Part shown: piece after piece, positions 63,116-64,000 of the stretch | How the letters are laid out: each line of letters begins with the position of its first letter | Numbering within the stretch: position 1 is the stretch's first letter | Origin: Somniosus microcephalus | Lineage: Eukaryota | Assembly (NCBI GenBank): GCA_052327205.1 | Contig: CM126224.1 | Span: 28,892,001 to 28,956,000 of the forward strand | Length of the DNA: 64,000 nt | Direction of reading: 5' to 3' | Made by a program: the position numbers and the translations under genes | Notes under the pieces: model-generated | Database searches by the model: none | What the model was told of the DNA's origin: nothing | The model's input: only the letters and a program-made list of their open reading frames with translations

Positions 63116-64000
63116 GAAATGACCAGTATTCAGTGCTCACCCACAGAACTTTCTCTGTGCAGCATGACATTTCAGTTGAAATTATCACAGAGAATGTTCA
63201 CAGTTGCCAATACACATTTAATAAAATAATATTTTATGAATTCACTGAAAATGGTGGTGGTATTTACTGATTGTAGTTTAATTGCTTAAAGTTTCAGAGT
63301 GATGGTTAACTTCGGAAAAAATTAAAGCAGGCAATAAAAGATGCAGCAAGATTAAAATCAGTCACACCTCAATCGGAACACTGATTTTGCTAATGTGTTG
63401 AAGTTAACAGACTGCAAGGTTTAAAATGTTAACTATAAAAGGGAACTGATCATATCAGAGGTGAACTGCTTTGCAATTTATGAATTCCCAGAGATTGTTG
63501 TGGAGATGGTGACTGTCATACTGATTAGATATTTCTGGTTGACAATGTTACATGAGAAGATGTTTGTTAACCCAGTGACAGTGTATGTAAATGATGAGGT
63601 TACATTTTGCTGAGTTTATAATAATAAACTCGGCAGAAAATAGTATGCGGTATATTTTCTACTTAGCACAAAGTCACTTCTGACTTACGATTGAATGCCC
63701 CTAGTTTTTGCCATTCTGTTTTTAAATAAACAGAATGTGATGGCACAGTTGAGTCCTGAGATCTAACGATAGAAGTATGGTCATCATTTCCTTAATTTTA
63801 GTTCTGTTCTCTTAATAAGAGGGTGTGAACACTCCCCCGCTGAGGCTGCCTGAACCCTGTTAGAATGCACAGACATACACTGCTGCAGTAATTGTTGGGT
63901 TCTTTTGTATTACTCACCTGTATTATATTCTAGAAGTTGATCTGTAAACACCATTTAGTTTTTTCTAGAAGTCCTCACTTATCATTCCTTGCAAAAATGA

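Overview
Eukaryotic, AT-rich vertebrate genomic DNA, almost certainly from a cartilaginous fish (shark). Its repeats are HER1/CR1-type LINEs, L2, Penelope, Rex1/Babar and Deu-domain tRNA-SINEs. The window appears to be intronic DENND1A (connecdenn-1). Only one host coding exon is visible: 10403-10528, + strand, 126 nt, LSTLKNRLKKVSTTTGDGVARAFLKTQAALFGSYRNALKIEP, not called in the ORF track. It is followed by an intron of more than 53 kb. The long ORFs in the track that I can recognise are broken retroelement ORF2 pieces. Most interesting non-coding signals: (1) Penelope-derived minimal hammerhead ribozyme motifs, including a 482-bp TSD-flanked non-coding element with two hammerheads exactly 350 nt apart and a compensatory U3:A8 core (retrozyme-like). 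(2) Several 0.5-0.8 kb MITEs with GGGCC/GGCCC termini and 3-bp ANT duplications (PIF/Harbinger-group, possibly Pangu-like). (3) Multi-level nested insertions that give a relative chronology of the elements. (4) TE-poor, homeodomain-palindrome-rich blocks that may be conserved enhancers. Repeat boundaries were read by eye and are approximate unless a TSD or TIR is quoted. No database searches were run.
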